From contig CBDBBI010000010.1 in assembly GCA_965202625.1 (NCBI GenBank), forward strand, positions 1,345,489 to 1,409,488: a stretch of 64,000 bases of DNA. Reading direction: 5' to 3'. The notes beneath the pieces are model-generated. The model was not told the origin of the DNA, ran no database searches, and was given only the letters and a program-made list of their open reading frames with translations. This document shows, in pieces, positions 47,054 through 55,529 of this stretch (its first letter is position 1; every line of letters starts with the position of its first letter). The position numbers and the translations under genes were made by a program. The stretch is from a bacterium. GTDB taxonomy: Bacteria; UBA8248.

Positions 47054-48339
47054 CCGAAACTTCTCAGGGCGTCGGCGTTCTTTCGGACCTTCTCGACTGC
47101 GAGAACAAATTGGTCAATTTCCCTTTCGGTGTTCGGGTATCGGCAAATGTTCGTCAAAAGCAAGTCCTTCTCCCAGAGCCGCTCGACAACCGGACAGGTT
47201 CCCTTCGCGTATGACACGCCGCCCTCGCGCGCGTCGTCACGAAAAGGATAGCCTTTCGTCCCGTATGCGCTCCTCTTTTGATATATCGGTTCGAGATATA
47301 TAGGTCGCACATACCCCTCCGTCACTTGAACGCCTTCCTCCCTGAGGGCTCTCGCAAAAATTTCACGGGGGATGCCCATTTTCGTTTCATCATACTTCAT
47401 GGCGTAAAGGTAATAGACATGCGTGCAGCCCCGAGCGGTTTCCGGAGGGGTCAAGAAATCAAACTCGGCCAGCTGCTGGGTCAGGTTCTCGGCGAGGCGA
47501 ACCCGAATGCGCGTCAGTTCGTCCATCTTGCCGATTTGCGCAATGCCAACGGCTGCGCATATTTCCGGCAAGCGATAGTTAAAACCGACCATGTTCGTGA
47601 TATCTTCCCGGCCCATGGGGCCAATCACAACCTCCCCGTGATTGCGTTTCAACTGCATATGAAGCGCCAGCTCTTCCTTGTCCGTTAAGGCAACCCCGCC
47701 CTCGCCGCACTGGATGACCTTGTGATAATTCAGGCTCTGAACACCTATGTCCCCTACGGCGCCCGTCTTTTTTCCCGCGCACTCTGCGAGTGGGGCCTGG
47801 GCGTTGTCCTCAATGAGCATAAGTCCACGTCGGTCGGCAAGAGCGCGCAACTCCATCAATGGGGAGGGATGTCCAAACAGATTGACTGTGAGAATGGCGC
47901 GCGTTCTATCGTTTATCAAAGACTCCACCGAAGAAGGATCGATGCAGAACGTCGCATCCTCCACGTCGGCAAACACGGGGATCGCATTTTCCATGAGAAT
48001 ACTGCTCGCAGTGGCGCTCATGGTGAACGGGGATGTAATAATCTCCTCTCCAGGCTCAACCCCCGTCGCCGCCACCGCGCAATGCAGAGCCGACGTCGCT
48101 GAATTCACGCAGACGGCGCGCTTCACGCCGAACCTTTCGGCAAATAACTTTTCAAGCTTCCTGACTTTCACGCCGCCGAGGAAACGCTCCGAATGCGTCC
48201 CCGAGAATCCTGAAAGATGTTGGCTTCTCAAGCTGCTAAGAACCTCTTTTTCCTCAGCCTGATCGACCATCGTGGTATGCACGGCGTAAGGTTCTTTGCG
48301 TATGGGCTCTCCACCAAGAAGAGCTAATTTGCCGTTCAC
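47050..48339 (-). CDS. DegT/DnrJ/EryC1/StrS PLP-dependent sugar aminotransferase
   Basis: NSATSALH, EDNAQA, SLNYHKVIQCGEGG, GFNYR. Confidence 0.94.
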   Translation of the reverse strand: MNGKLALLGGEPIRKEPYAVHTTMVDQAEEKEVLSSLRSQHLSGFSGTHSERFLGGVKVRKLEKLFAERFGVKRAVCVNSATSALHCAVAATGVEPGEEIITSPFTMSATASSILMENAIPVFADVEDATFCIDPSSVESLINDRTRAILTVNLFGHPSPLMELRALADRRGLMLIEDNAQAPLAECAGKKTGAVGDIGVQSLNYHKVIQCGEGGVALTDKEELALHMQLKRNHGEVVIGPMGREDITNMVGFNYRLPEICAAVGIAQIGKMDELTRIRVRLAENLTQQLAEFDFLTPPETARGCTHVYYLYAMKYDETKMGIPREIFARALREEGVQVTEGYVRPIYLEPIYQKRSAYGTKGYPFRDDAREGGVSYAKGTCPVVERLWEKDLLLTNICRYPNTEREIDQFVLAVEKVRKNADALRSFG

Positions 48340-48355
48340 ATGCGTTCCCCTCGCG

Positions 48356-49363
48356 TCAAATAGGGGTCACTTTCCTCATTATATCCGATGAGAGGACGGC
48401 TTCGCAAATTTCAATCGCCCTCACGCCGTCGCGCAGAGAACAAGAGGGCGCATCACCAACCTCCAGGCACCTTACAAGCTCCTCTACAGCCCGAAGAGAA
48501 CTATTGCGCCACTGCGTTTCCTCTGGTCGCCGAGCAAGTTCCAACACCTGGAACAAGCGAAAGTAGGGGTCTTCACGCGCTTGGAATCGAAGAAGTTTCT
48601 GGCCCCTTTGCCCAATGACGATTCTTCCTCTATCCGTGATGATATCCGCATCAAAGAGGACATACTCCAACACAGGAACGTGTAAAAACGTAGCGTATAT
48701 CCCGCGCTCGAAAACAACGTCAAAATCCGCTCCAGAACCCCCAGCCTCATTGTCATTGTCAAACACCCTCAAAAGATGCACCTCTTTGGGGTCGCCAAAA
48801 AACCAACGCAGCAAATCAATATAATGGGAGGCGTTTTCCAACAAACCTTTTACGTAGTGCACAGTAACACGGATGACAGAGCCATGAATTCCACTCTCCA
48901 GCTCGCGCTTGAGTTGACGAAGAGTCGGGTTCCATCTCCGAAAGTAGTTCACCGCCACAGGCCGAGTCCCCGCGATAGAAATGGATTCACGCGCTTCTAT
49001 GGATGATTGCGCAACTGGTTTTTCGAGGAAAACGGCTTTCACGTCTGCGTCGCAAACTGCGCGCAAAGCGTTGAGATGATGCGCCGTAGGCAGGCAAATA
49101 CTCACGATATCGGGACGTTCCCGGTCAAGCATCTGATTGTAGTCCGCATACAACGTATCCACGCCCCAACGCCGGCCAAAAGCCGTCCGAGCGTCGGCGC
49201 TTACATCCGCAGCAGAGACAAGGTCGACGTCCGGGCAAGCCAGATACGCGCCCGCGTGCGTAGCGGTCCATTTGCCCTCGGAAAAATTATCGTATCGGGA
49301 GGCAATGTTCCCGCAGCCGATAATAGCCGCCTTATATGTGGCTTTGCCGCTGTTCAAAAACAC
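48356..49363 (-). CDS. Gfo/Idh/MocA-family sugar oxidoreductase
   Basis: IIGCGNI, FLEKPV, VNYFRRW, NASHYIDL. Confidence 0.92.
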   Translation of the reverse strand: MFLNSGKATYKAAIIGCGNIASRYDNFSEGKWTATHAGAYLACPDVDLVSAADVSADARTAFGRRWGVDTLYADYNQMLDRERPDIVSICLPTAHHLNALRAVCDADVKAVFLEKPVAQSSIEARESISIAGTRPVAVNYFRRWNPTLRQLKRELESGIHGSVIRVTVHYVKGLLENASHYIDLLRWFFGDPKEVHLLRVFDNDNEAGGSGADFDVVFERGIYATFLHVPVLEYVLFDADIITDRGRIVIGQRGQKLLRFQAREDPYFRLFQVLELARRPEETQWRNSSLRAVEELVRCLEVGDAPSCSLRDGVRAIEICEAVLSSDIMRKVTPI

Positions 49364-50123
49364 GCTGCTGAACGACCTGACGATTGATATCCAGAAGGCT
49401 TGGTTCCGTATCTAAAAGCCGCATCACATCGAATAGCGTGAAGCAAGGGTTCTTTGCATAAAGGCGGGTATAAATTGCGAGGATTAACTCGAAATCCTCC
49501 CGATTGTCTACAGTGAGACGGAGGCCCGGTCTGCGGCATTCCGACCACTTCCCCACCGCCTCAAAAGATTTTAGCCTGAATCTGTCTGGTCGTTCAAAAA
49601 TATAGGAGGTGACGTGCTCTCGATCGACAGGATCGTCGCTCCACCCAGCCACTTGCCTCAAGAGAGAAGTGGAGAAAATCTCCACGCTCGTTCCTATGGG
49701 AAACGTCGATTCTTCCTCCCATGAGGAGCTATGCCGCATCGAGGTATTCGCCACGTAATCGAATTTATCCGCAAGAAATAGTCCTACCATCTCATCAATA
49801 AGGAGCGGCTCCACAAGAGGGGCATCCCCGCCGAGTTCGACAATTACGTCTCCATTCCACGCATCAGCCGCTTGGAGAACTCGGCTCAGGACGTCTTCCT
49901 CGCTACCTCGGAAACAACCCAGGCCGCTTTCTTCGGCCACTCGAACGATGGGGTCGTCAAGCGGATTTGTCGTGGTCGCGATGATCGCCGCGTCTAAACT
50001 CTTCGCTCTAAGCACCCTTTCCGCCATTTGCGCCAGCATGGGTTTTCCGCATACATCCAGAAGCACTTTTCCCGGCAACCTCAAGGAATTCATCCTGGCT
50101 TCGATGATGGCGACGATTTTCAC
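49332..50123 (-). CDS. SpsF-like cytidylyltransferase (start re-assigned to GTG 50123)
   Basis: IIEARMNSLRLPGKVL, FRGSEEDVLSR, GDAPL, REHVT, RLTVDNREDF. Confidence 0.9.
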   Translation of the reverse strand: MKIVAIIEARMNSLRLPGKVLLDVCGKPMLAQMAERVLRAKSLDAAIIATTTNPLDDPIVRVAEESGLGCFRGSEEDVLSRVLQAADAWNGDVIVELGGDAPLVEPLLIDEMVGLFLADKFDYVANTSMRHSSSWEEESTFPIGTSVEIFSTSLLRQVAGWSDDPVDREHVTSYIFERPDRFRLKSFEAVGKWSECRRPGLRLTVDNREDFELILAIYTRLYAKNPCFTLFDVMRLLDTEPSLLDINRQVVQQRVFEQRQSHI

Positions 50124-50698
50124 TCGCGCTTCTCTTCTCGCATATCTTCCCAACGCACACGAAATATCCCCAATCGATATTCATCGACATAACCTGACCT
50201 ACAGAAAAAACTCTCTTTGAGCGTCGCTTCATGGAGATACCCGTTTTTCTCAAAACTTCGTCTCGAACCCTCATTCGTCGCCCACATACCGGCCGTAATC
50301 TTCCGAAGGTTGAGCTTCTCGAAGCCATGGGCAGTCATGAGAGCGATGGCTTCCGTCGCAACGCCTTTTCCCCAGAAACGCCTGTCGCCAATGACGATGC
50401 TCATATCGCCCGTTCGATGGACCCAGTCGATCTTATGAATGCCGACGACCCCCACGAGCAAACTTTCATCTTCTTTCATGACAACGCCAAACTGCACGTC
50501 CGTTCGGCTCTTCATAAGAGCGTCGAATACCTCCCGCTGCCCCTCCTCGGTTACGGGAAACGTTCCCTTGTTGATATTCTGCGTGACCTCAGAGGAATTG
50601 AACCAAGCGTGCCAAACCGGAATATCTTCCGCTTTCAACGCACGGAGAAATACGCGTTGACCACTTCTAAACATGGGACGCCCTTCTGGGTTTCGCAT
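50120..50698 (-). CDS. GNAT N-acetyltransferase (RimJ/RimL, PseH-like)
   Basis: FWGKGVATEA, LNLRKI, NEGSRRSFEKNG. Confidence 0.9.
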   Translation of the reverse strand: MRNPEGRPMFRSGQRVFLRALKAEDIPVWHAWFNSSEVTQNINKGTFPVTEEGQREVFDALMKSRTDVQFGVVMKEDESLLVGVVGIHKIDWVHRTGDMSIVIGDRRFWGKGVATEAIALMTAHGFEKLNLRKITAGMWATNEGSRRSFEKNGYLHEATLKESFFCRSGYVDEYRLGIFRVRWEDMREEKRE

Positions 50699-50710
50699 TG
50701 GTCTTGCGAT

Positions 50711-51649
50711 TCATGGCTTGAGCCAAGCCCTGCAATGCAGAAGATCGCCCACGCCCGCTTCCTGAAGTTGGCGCCGATAAAAATCATCCACCCCCTCAAG
50801 AACGTCTAAAAAAATCTTTCCCCGGGGGGTTTCTTTCCTGAGGAATTCGTTCGGAAAATTCAAATTCGTATGTTGGGAAGAACCAGTGTCGCCGCTTCCG
50901 GTATGCAGCCATTTGAAATGATTCGTGAGAGAGGCCGCAAGATAGTGGGTGCACTCAAAATCATATCCGCATTCCATCAGAAGCCTGCCCAAGCTTTTCT
51001 CCGTAAAATAATAAAGGTGATATTCACGGAAATAAAAATCCCTGTAATTCGCCACATCATAATAACTCGCAATCGGATCCAACAAGTTGGGAACGGCTAT
51101 AAAAACAACGGACTCTGGATGTATAAAGCGTTTCAAATCCTCCAAAAAATCCTTCACGCATGGAACGTGCTCAAGCACGGCGTGCATCACAACAACGTCG
51201 AATGGCAGTTCCGTCTCACAATCGATGAGGGGCTTGTCCCACACGGGAATACCGGCCGCATGTAACGTTCGAACGTGCGTGGGTGTAATCTCCACTCCCT
51301 GAACGTGCGAGACATTTCCCTGAATCGACCGTAGAAACGATCCGCGCCCGCAACCAACGTCCAAAACGCGAGACTCCGAACACAAATAGGGCTCCACCTC
51401 TTTCTTGTAAATTTTATAATTGTCGAACTTGGGAAGAGGTCTTTCTCTCAATTGATCGGGTGCGAAAACATAACCGTCATCCGAATACCAATCGTGGGTC
51501 GCCTGCGTTTCATCCCAGGTTTCCAGAAAACTGAGGTCGCATGAACCGCAAAAATACAGAGCGATATTTACCTGCTGATCTATTTTTCTCCCCCGAACCG
51601 TATTGCGGATGCGCCGCCCACGGTCGGAACAGATGGGACAGAAACTCAT
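50711..51649 (-). CDS. Class I SAM-dependent methyltransferase with N-terminal Cys4 zinc motif (start re-assigned to ATG 51649)
   Basis: CPIC...CGSC, VLDVGCGRG, GVEI, FDVVVMHAVLEHV, YHLYYFT. Confidence 0.9.
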   Translation of the reverse strand: MSFCPICSDRGRRIRNTVRGRKIDQQVNIALYFCGSCDLSFLETWDETQATHDWYSDDGYVFAPDQLRERPLPKFDNYKIYKKEVEPYLCSESRVLDVGCGRGSFLRSIQGNVSHVQGVEITPTHVRTLHAAGIPVWDKPLIDCETELPFDVVVMHAVLEHVPCVKDFLEDLKRFIHPESVVFIAVPNLLDPIASYYDVANYRDFYFREYHLYYFTEKSLGRLLMECGYDFECTHYLAASLTNHFKWLHTGSGDTGSSQHTNLNFPNEFLRKETPRGKIFLDVLEGVDDFYRRQLQEAGVGDLLHCRAWLKP

Positions 51650-53025
51650 TATGCCGGAATCCCCTCGTATGATGACAGCGAACGCCATGGCGGCATAAAG
51701 CCTTGGGTCTGCACGTCTTTCGCCATCTTCAGCAGGGAGAAGTCGTGATATCGTCGCGCGACGAGCTGCGCACCGAAAGGCAGGCCCTCGGAACTCTTGA
51801 ACGTGGGCACGTTCATCGTCGGGACGCCGCAAAGCGTCCATATGAGGCAGTTGTCTTTTTTGTCCCGCCCCATGATTCCTTTCGGCGCATGACCAGAAGT
51901 GGACAAGTTCAAAATCATATCGAAATCTTCAAAAAAATCGGAAAGAATCGTTTTTAGATTTTCTTGCTGCTCTAAACCCTCCCAATATTGCTCGGAGGTA
52001 ATCTTTTGGCCTTGCTCTATCATTTCCGAGAAAATATCGCTCAACTCGTCTCGATGCAACCGATATTCCTCATCAAAATAGTAAGACAGCCCTTTCTGAT
52101 AGACGAGCGCATGAATATCATGGGCGCGAGAGAACGGCTCAGGCAACTCAACCTCTCTTAATTCAACGTCTTCGCATCGGGATAGGTGGGACGCCAGCCG
52201 ACAAACGGCGTCCTTCGCATACTCTTCCGCATGTTCCCAACCTGGGCCCCTGACAAACGCCACCCTGTATGGCGGCTTCACCTGGCTTGATGACCAGTCG
52301 TCAAGATTGTTTTTGACATACGGATAATTCGCTCCCCTTACTCGAGCGGATTCAAACATCAACCACAGATCATCAATAGTCCTTGCAAAAAAAGATACGT
52401 GATCCAAAGTGTCGAGGGTCTTCAGGATCCCCGTTCTGGGCACGACTCCAAAGGAGGGCTTAAAACCATACACGCCAGAATAACTCGCAGGCCGTATCGT
52501 GGAGCCTGCGGTCTGCGTGCCTAGCGAGAACGGAACCATACAAGCGGCAACAGATACGGCTGAACCGCTGGACGAAGTCCCAGGAGAATAGGCCGGGTTA
52601 TACGGGTTCACCGTAGGCCCGGGATGATGAACGGCAAACTCCGCCGTGACGGTTTTGCCGAGCGTCAATCCGCCTTCCCTCTTGAGGTGAGATATTACCC
52701 GAGCGTCGTTGCCAGGGGTAAAGCCTTTCCAGATAGGACTTCCCATCCAGGTCTGAAAGTCCGCCGTGTTAATGACGTCTTTTACGCCGAAAGGCGCGCC
52801 CCAGAGAAGACCTTCGAACTCTCCCGCATTTATTTTCCGCTCTATTTCGCGCGCTTGGCGAATGGATATCTCCGGCTCAAAGTGCTGCCATGCGCAAAGA
52901 GAGGAGTCATACCGCTCTACCTGCGCGATACAGGAAAGGAGCCATTCCACAAGGCTTAATTTTCTTTTTTTTATGAGTTCTATCGCTTCGATGGCAAAAA
53001 GCGCGTTCGCTTCCATATCGCTCAT
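51649..53025 (-). CDS. Amidase-signature family enzyme (GatA-like fold)
   Basis: FGVKDVI (Lys), PGTSSSGSA (cis-Ser), GTQTAGSTIRPA (nucleophile Ser), GFKPS, GLPFGAQL. Confidence 0.92.
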   Translation of the reverse strand: MSDMEANALFAIEAIELIKKRKLSLVEWLLSCIAQVERYDSSLCAWQHFEPEISIRQAREIERKINAGEFEGLLWGAPFGVKDVINTADFQTWMGSPIWKGFTPGNDARVISHLKREGGLTLGKTVTAEFAVHHPGPTVNPYNPAYSPGTSSSGSAVSVAACMVPFSLGTQTAGSTIRPASYSGVYGFKPSFGVVPRTGILKTLDTLDHVSFFARTIDDLWLMFESARVRGANYPYVKNNLDDWSSSQVKPPYRVAFVRGPGWEHAEEYAKDAVCRLASHLSRCEDVELREVELPEPFSRAHDIHALVYQKGLSYYFDEEYRLHRDELSDIFSEMIEQGQKITSEQYWEGLEQQENLKTILSDFFEDFDMILNLSTSGHAPKGIMGRDKKDNCLIWTLCGVPTMNVPTFKSSEGLPFGAQLVARRYHDFSLLKMAKDVQTQGFMPPWRSLSSYEGIPA

Positions 53026-53027
53026 TT

Positions 53028-54170
53028 CTATGCGGAGTCAATTATTCCCACTTGATCGGGCCGAATGACTTTGGGCAGCTCCCGCGCCTGCCCCTCTCTC
53101 TGGCTCTCAAGGAGATCCAGAAATTCTTCTTCCGTGTATCCCGTGATCTCCAAGTAATAATCAAGCGCTCCGGGACGTTTCGAGTCAACTTTCCGCGCAA
53201 GCGCAAACCCCTCTTCACGCGACATAATTCCGTTTCTCACATCTATGCTCGCCTGGTCGGTACCTCTTCCAAACCCACGTTTTACCCACTTCGAATAATC
53301 GTGCACGCCCGCCATACGGCATTCCACGCTTTTGTATCCTTTATAAGCACCCTCGACCTTATCTTCACGCCACCCATATTCTCTTTTTATGAACTCCACC
53401 TGGCGTTCTCCGTCCCAAAACAGATAATCCCCTAAGTGGATTCCCCGCATACCGAGCGTATCAAGCTCTTCTTTGGGGGGAATAAGAAAAGGAAACAGAT
53501 CGCGCTCTGTCAGCCCAATATCTTCATCTACCATTTTTGATGAATCCACCTTCATCGAAACCTTCAAGTATAAGGTTTCGTCATACGGGAGAGGATCAGC
53601 GTATGTTGACTTGCTACCCAATTCAGCGGTTGACTCTCCCCAAACCATAAGGGGGATCCCATATTGCGTCGCCACTTTTAGAGGATAGGCTCCCACGCCT
53701 GCGTGACAATGCCAACAGGAATCGCCGATCGTCGTCAAAGATTTCCGGGCGATTTTGTTAATCACCCCTCGGTTCGGCGTGAACATGACATGGTCAACGT
53801 TAAACTTTTCCAAGCAATTTTGCAGATTCCACCAGCCGGTTTCTGTCCACCAATTATGGCTAAACGTGCAAGTGAGAGGTCTTAACCCATAAACTCGCGT
53901 CAGAACGTGAAGCTGAAAACAGCTATCTTTGCCCCCGCTTATAGGGACCAGGCAATCATAGTTGTCCCCTGCTTCAGCCTTCGCCTTTTCCAATATACTT
54001 TTTAACTGCGCCTCCCGTTCTATCCAATTGATGTGCATCTTCATTTCAGAACTGCGGCACGCCTTACAAATTCCAAGCGCGTCAAAATCCATTCCCTCTG
54101 AGGTCTCCGGCATGCAGCACCGCACACAATATCGCAACTCTGAAAAAGGAGCGTTTCTCGAAGCCGGCAT
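53028..54170 (-). CDS. N-acetyl sugar amidotransferase (PseA/WbpG/WbuX/PtmG family, PP-loop)
   Basis: CVRCCMPET...CKAC, YDCLVPISGGKDS, CWHCH, WGE, KRGFGR. Confidence 0.93.
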   Translation of the reverse strand: MPASRNAPFSELRYCVRCCMPETSEGMDFDALGICKACRSSEMKMHINWIEREAQLKSILEKAKAEAGDNYDCLVPISGGKDSCFQLHVLTRVYGLRPLTCTFSHNWWTETGWWNLQNCLEKFNVDHVMFTPNRGVINKIARKSLTTIGDSCWHCHAGVGAYPLKVATQYGIPLMVWGESTAELGSKSTYADPLPYDETLYLKVSMKVDSSKMVDEDIGLTERDLFPFLIPPKEELDTLGMRGIHLGDYLFWDGERQVEFIKREYGWREDKVEGAYKGYKSVECRMAGVHDYSKWVKRGFGRGTDQASIDVRNGIMSREEGFALARKVDSKRPGALDYYLEITGYTEEEFLDLLESQREGQARELPKVIRPDQVGIIDSA

Positions 54171-54238
54171 CTGTCTATTCCCTCAAGAATAAATGTGATG
54201 TTGACGTTCTTTTTTATTTATCGGCAAACCAGGCGCCT

Positions 54239-55513
54239 TTACGAAGCCTGTGGAATCAAAGGCATGATTTGTCCTGCCTGTCGAAGCACCATGACCTTGG
54301 ATTCTGGCCCCGTCGCTTCCAATGCGTTATCCACCGCCGCCTGTATGGATGCAGACCAGCCAAATCCCATCCTGTTCGCTTCCTCCTGATGGACGTGAGG
54401 AGAAACCAATATGCCCTTCACGCGCTTCGAAATGATTCTGCCAACAGCAATCAGCGTATAGGCCAAGAGCTTTTCGCGAAACTCCCCCGCTTCAACGGCT
54501 CGATAAAGCGAATCGGGCTCCCGAAACCCGTAGCGTTCGAAATTCGGAAATTGCGGAGAAACACCCTCACGACAATCCGAAGCCAACACGATAATCCCGT
54601 TATCCCGACACACGACATCCGCCGCACACACGGCTTTGATGGCCTGACGAAGATCGATGTCAGACGGATAGGCTTCGACGACAACGACGTCCGCCGTTCC
54701 ATCCACCGGCACCCCGTATAATTCCAGACATCGATCACACCCTGTTTTGTGTGCGCATTCCACATCGCCTGCAACGGCATCATAGATTCTTTCATCGTCT
54801 ATCATAACCGTGTTGACGATGAAACGGACGCCAGCCTGACGCGCAATGCGAACGCACGCCTTCCTCACCTTGTTGTGAAAATTCCCGAGAATTTCGCTCA
54901 TCTCATAATCCAGAGCAGACCAATGCGTCGCTTCTATCGTCGCCTCTCCGCAAACGCCGGGCATGACGCTCTTCGCCCCACCAGAGAACCCCGCAGTCGC
55001 ATGAGGGATGATGCTGCCGACGGAGATGAGAAAATCCGATTTCAATACTTCCTTGTTCATCTGCACGTCGAAGCCGAGTTTACTCCGTCCTAACGAAGTC
55101 AACGCCGCAGGGTTGTCCCATTCATGGTTGAGAATTTGAAACCGAGAGGCCAGATGATGACCGAACTTGCGCTGTATCTCCTCCTCCGTCATGGCGCGAT
55201 GCGTGCCCAAGCCAATCAGAATGCGAACACACGCATCCGGAACGTCGGCCTCAGCGAGTTCCTCCAGAATGAAGGGGAGGACGCGATGAAGCGGAGTGTG
55301 GCGCGTATTGTCATCCGTAGCAATCAACACCCTCTTCGCCCCTCTGGCCATCTCTCTGAGAGGGGGAGTACCGATTGGGTTGCGAATTCGCTCCCTAAGA
55401 GCGCGCTCGTCAAGCCCTTCACCGTTCGGCGGCGAGGGTCCATACACGCCCATCAGACGCTCATCTCTCACCTCAAAGTCTTCAAACGGGCCCTTCGTGA
55501 GAGATATTTTCAT
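54239..55513 (-). CDS. larA: LarA-family nickel-pincer-dependent alpha-hydroxyacid racemase/epimerase (start re-assigned to ATG 55513)
   Basis: TDDNTRHTP, GLGTHR, PHATAGFSGGAKS, ATH, QAIK: equivalents of the LarA catalytic and cofactor-binding residues are all present. Confidence 0.9.
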   Translation of the reverse strand: MKISLTKGPFEDFEVRDERLMGVYGPSPPNGEGLDERALRERIRNPIGTPPLREMARGAKRVLIATDDNTRHTPLHRVLPFILEELAEADVPDACVRILIGLGTHRAMTEEEIQRKFGHHLASRFQILNHEWDNPAALTSLGRSKLGFDVQMNKEVLKSDFLISVGSIIPHATAGFSGGAKSVMPGVCGEATIEATHWSALDYEMSEILGNFHNKVRKACVRIARQAGVRFIVNTVMIDDERIYDAVAGDVECAHKTGCDRCLELYGVPVDGTADVVVVEAYPSDIDLRQAIKAVCAADVVCRDNGIIVLASDCREGVSPQFPNFERYGFREPDSLYRAVEAGEFREKLLAYTLIAVGRIISKRVKGILVSPHVHQEEANRMGFGWSASIQAAVDNALEATGPESKVMVLRQAGQIMPLIPQAS

Positions 55514-55529
55514 AACAGCGCGTCTCCGG

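Noticed and set aside
51649-53025. Calling the amidase gatA
   Set aside because: No gatB/gatC nearby; GTQTAGS rather than GSDTGGS signature; embedded in a glycan operon
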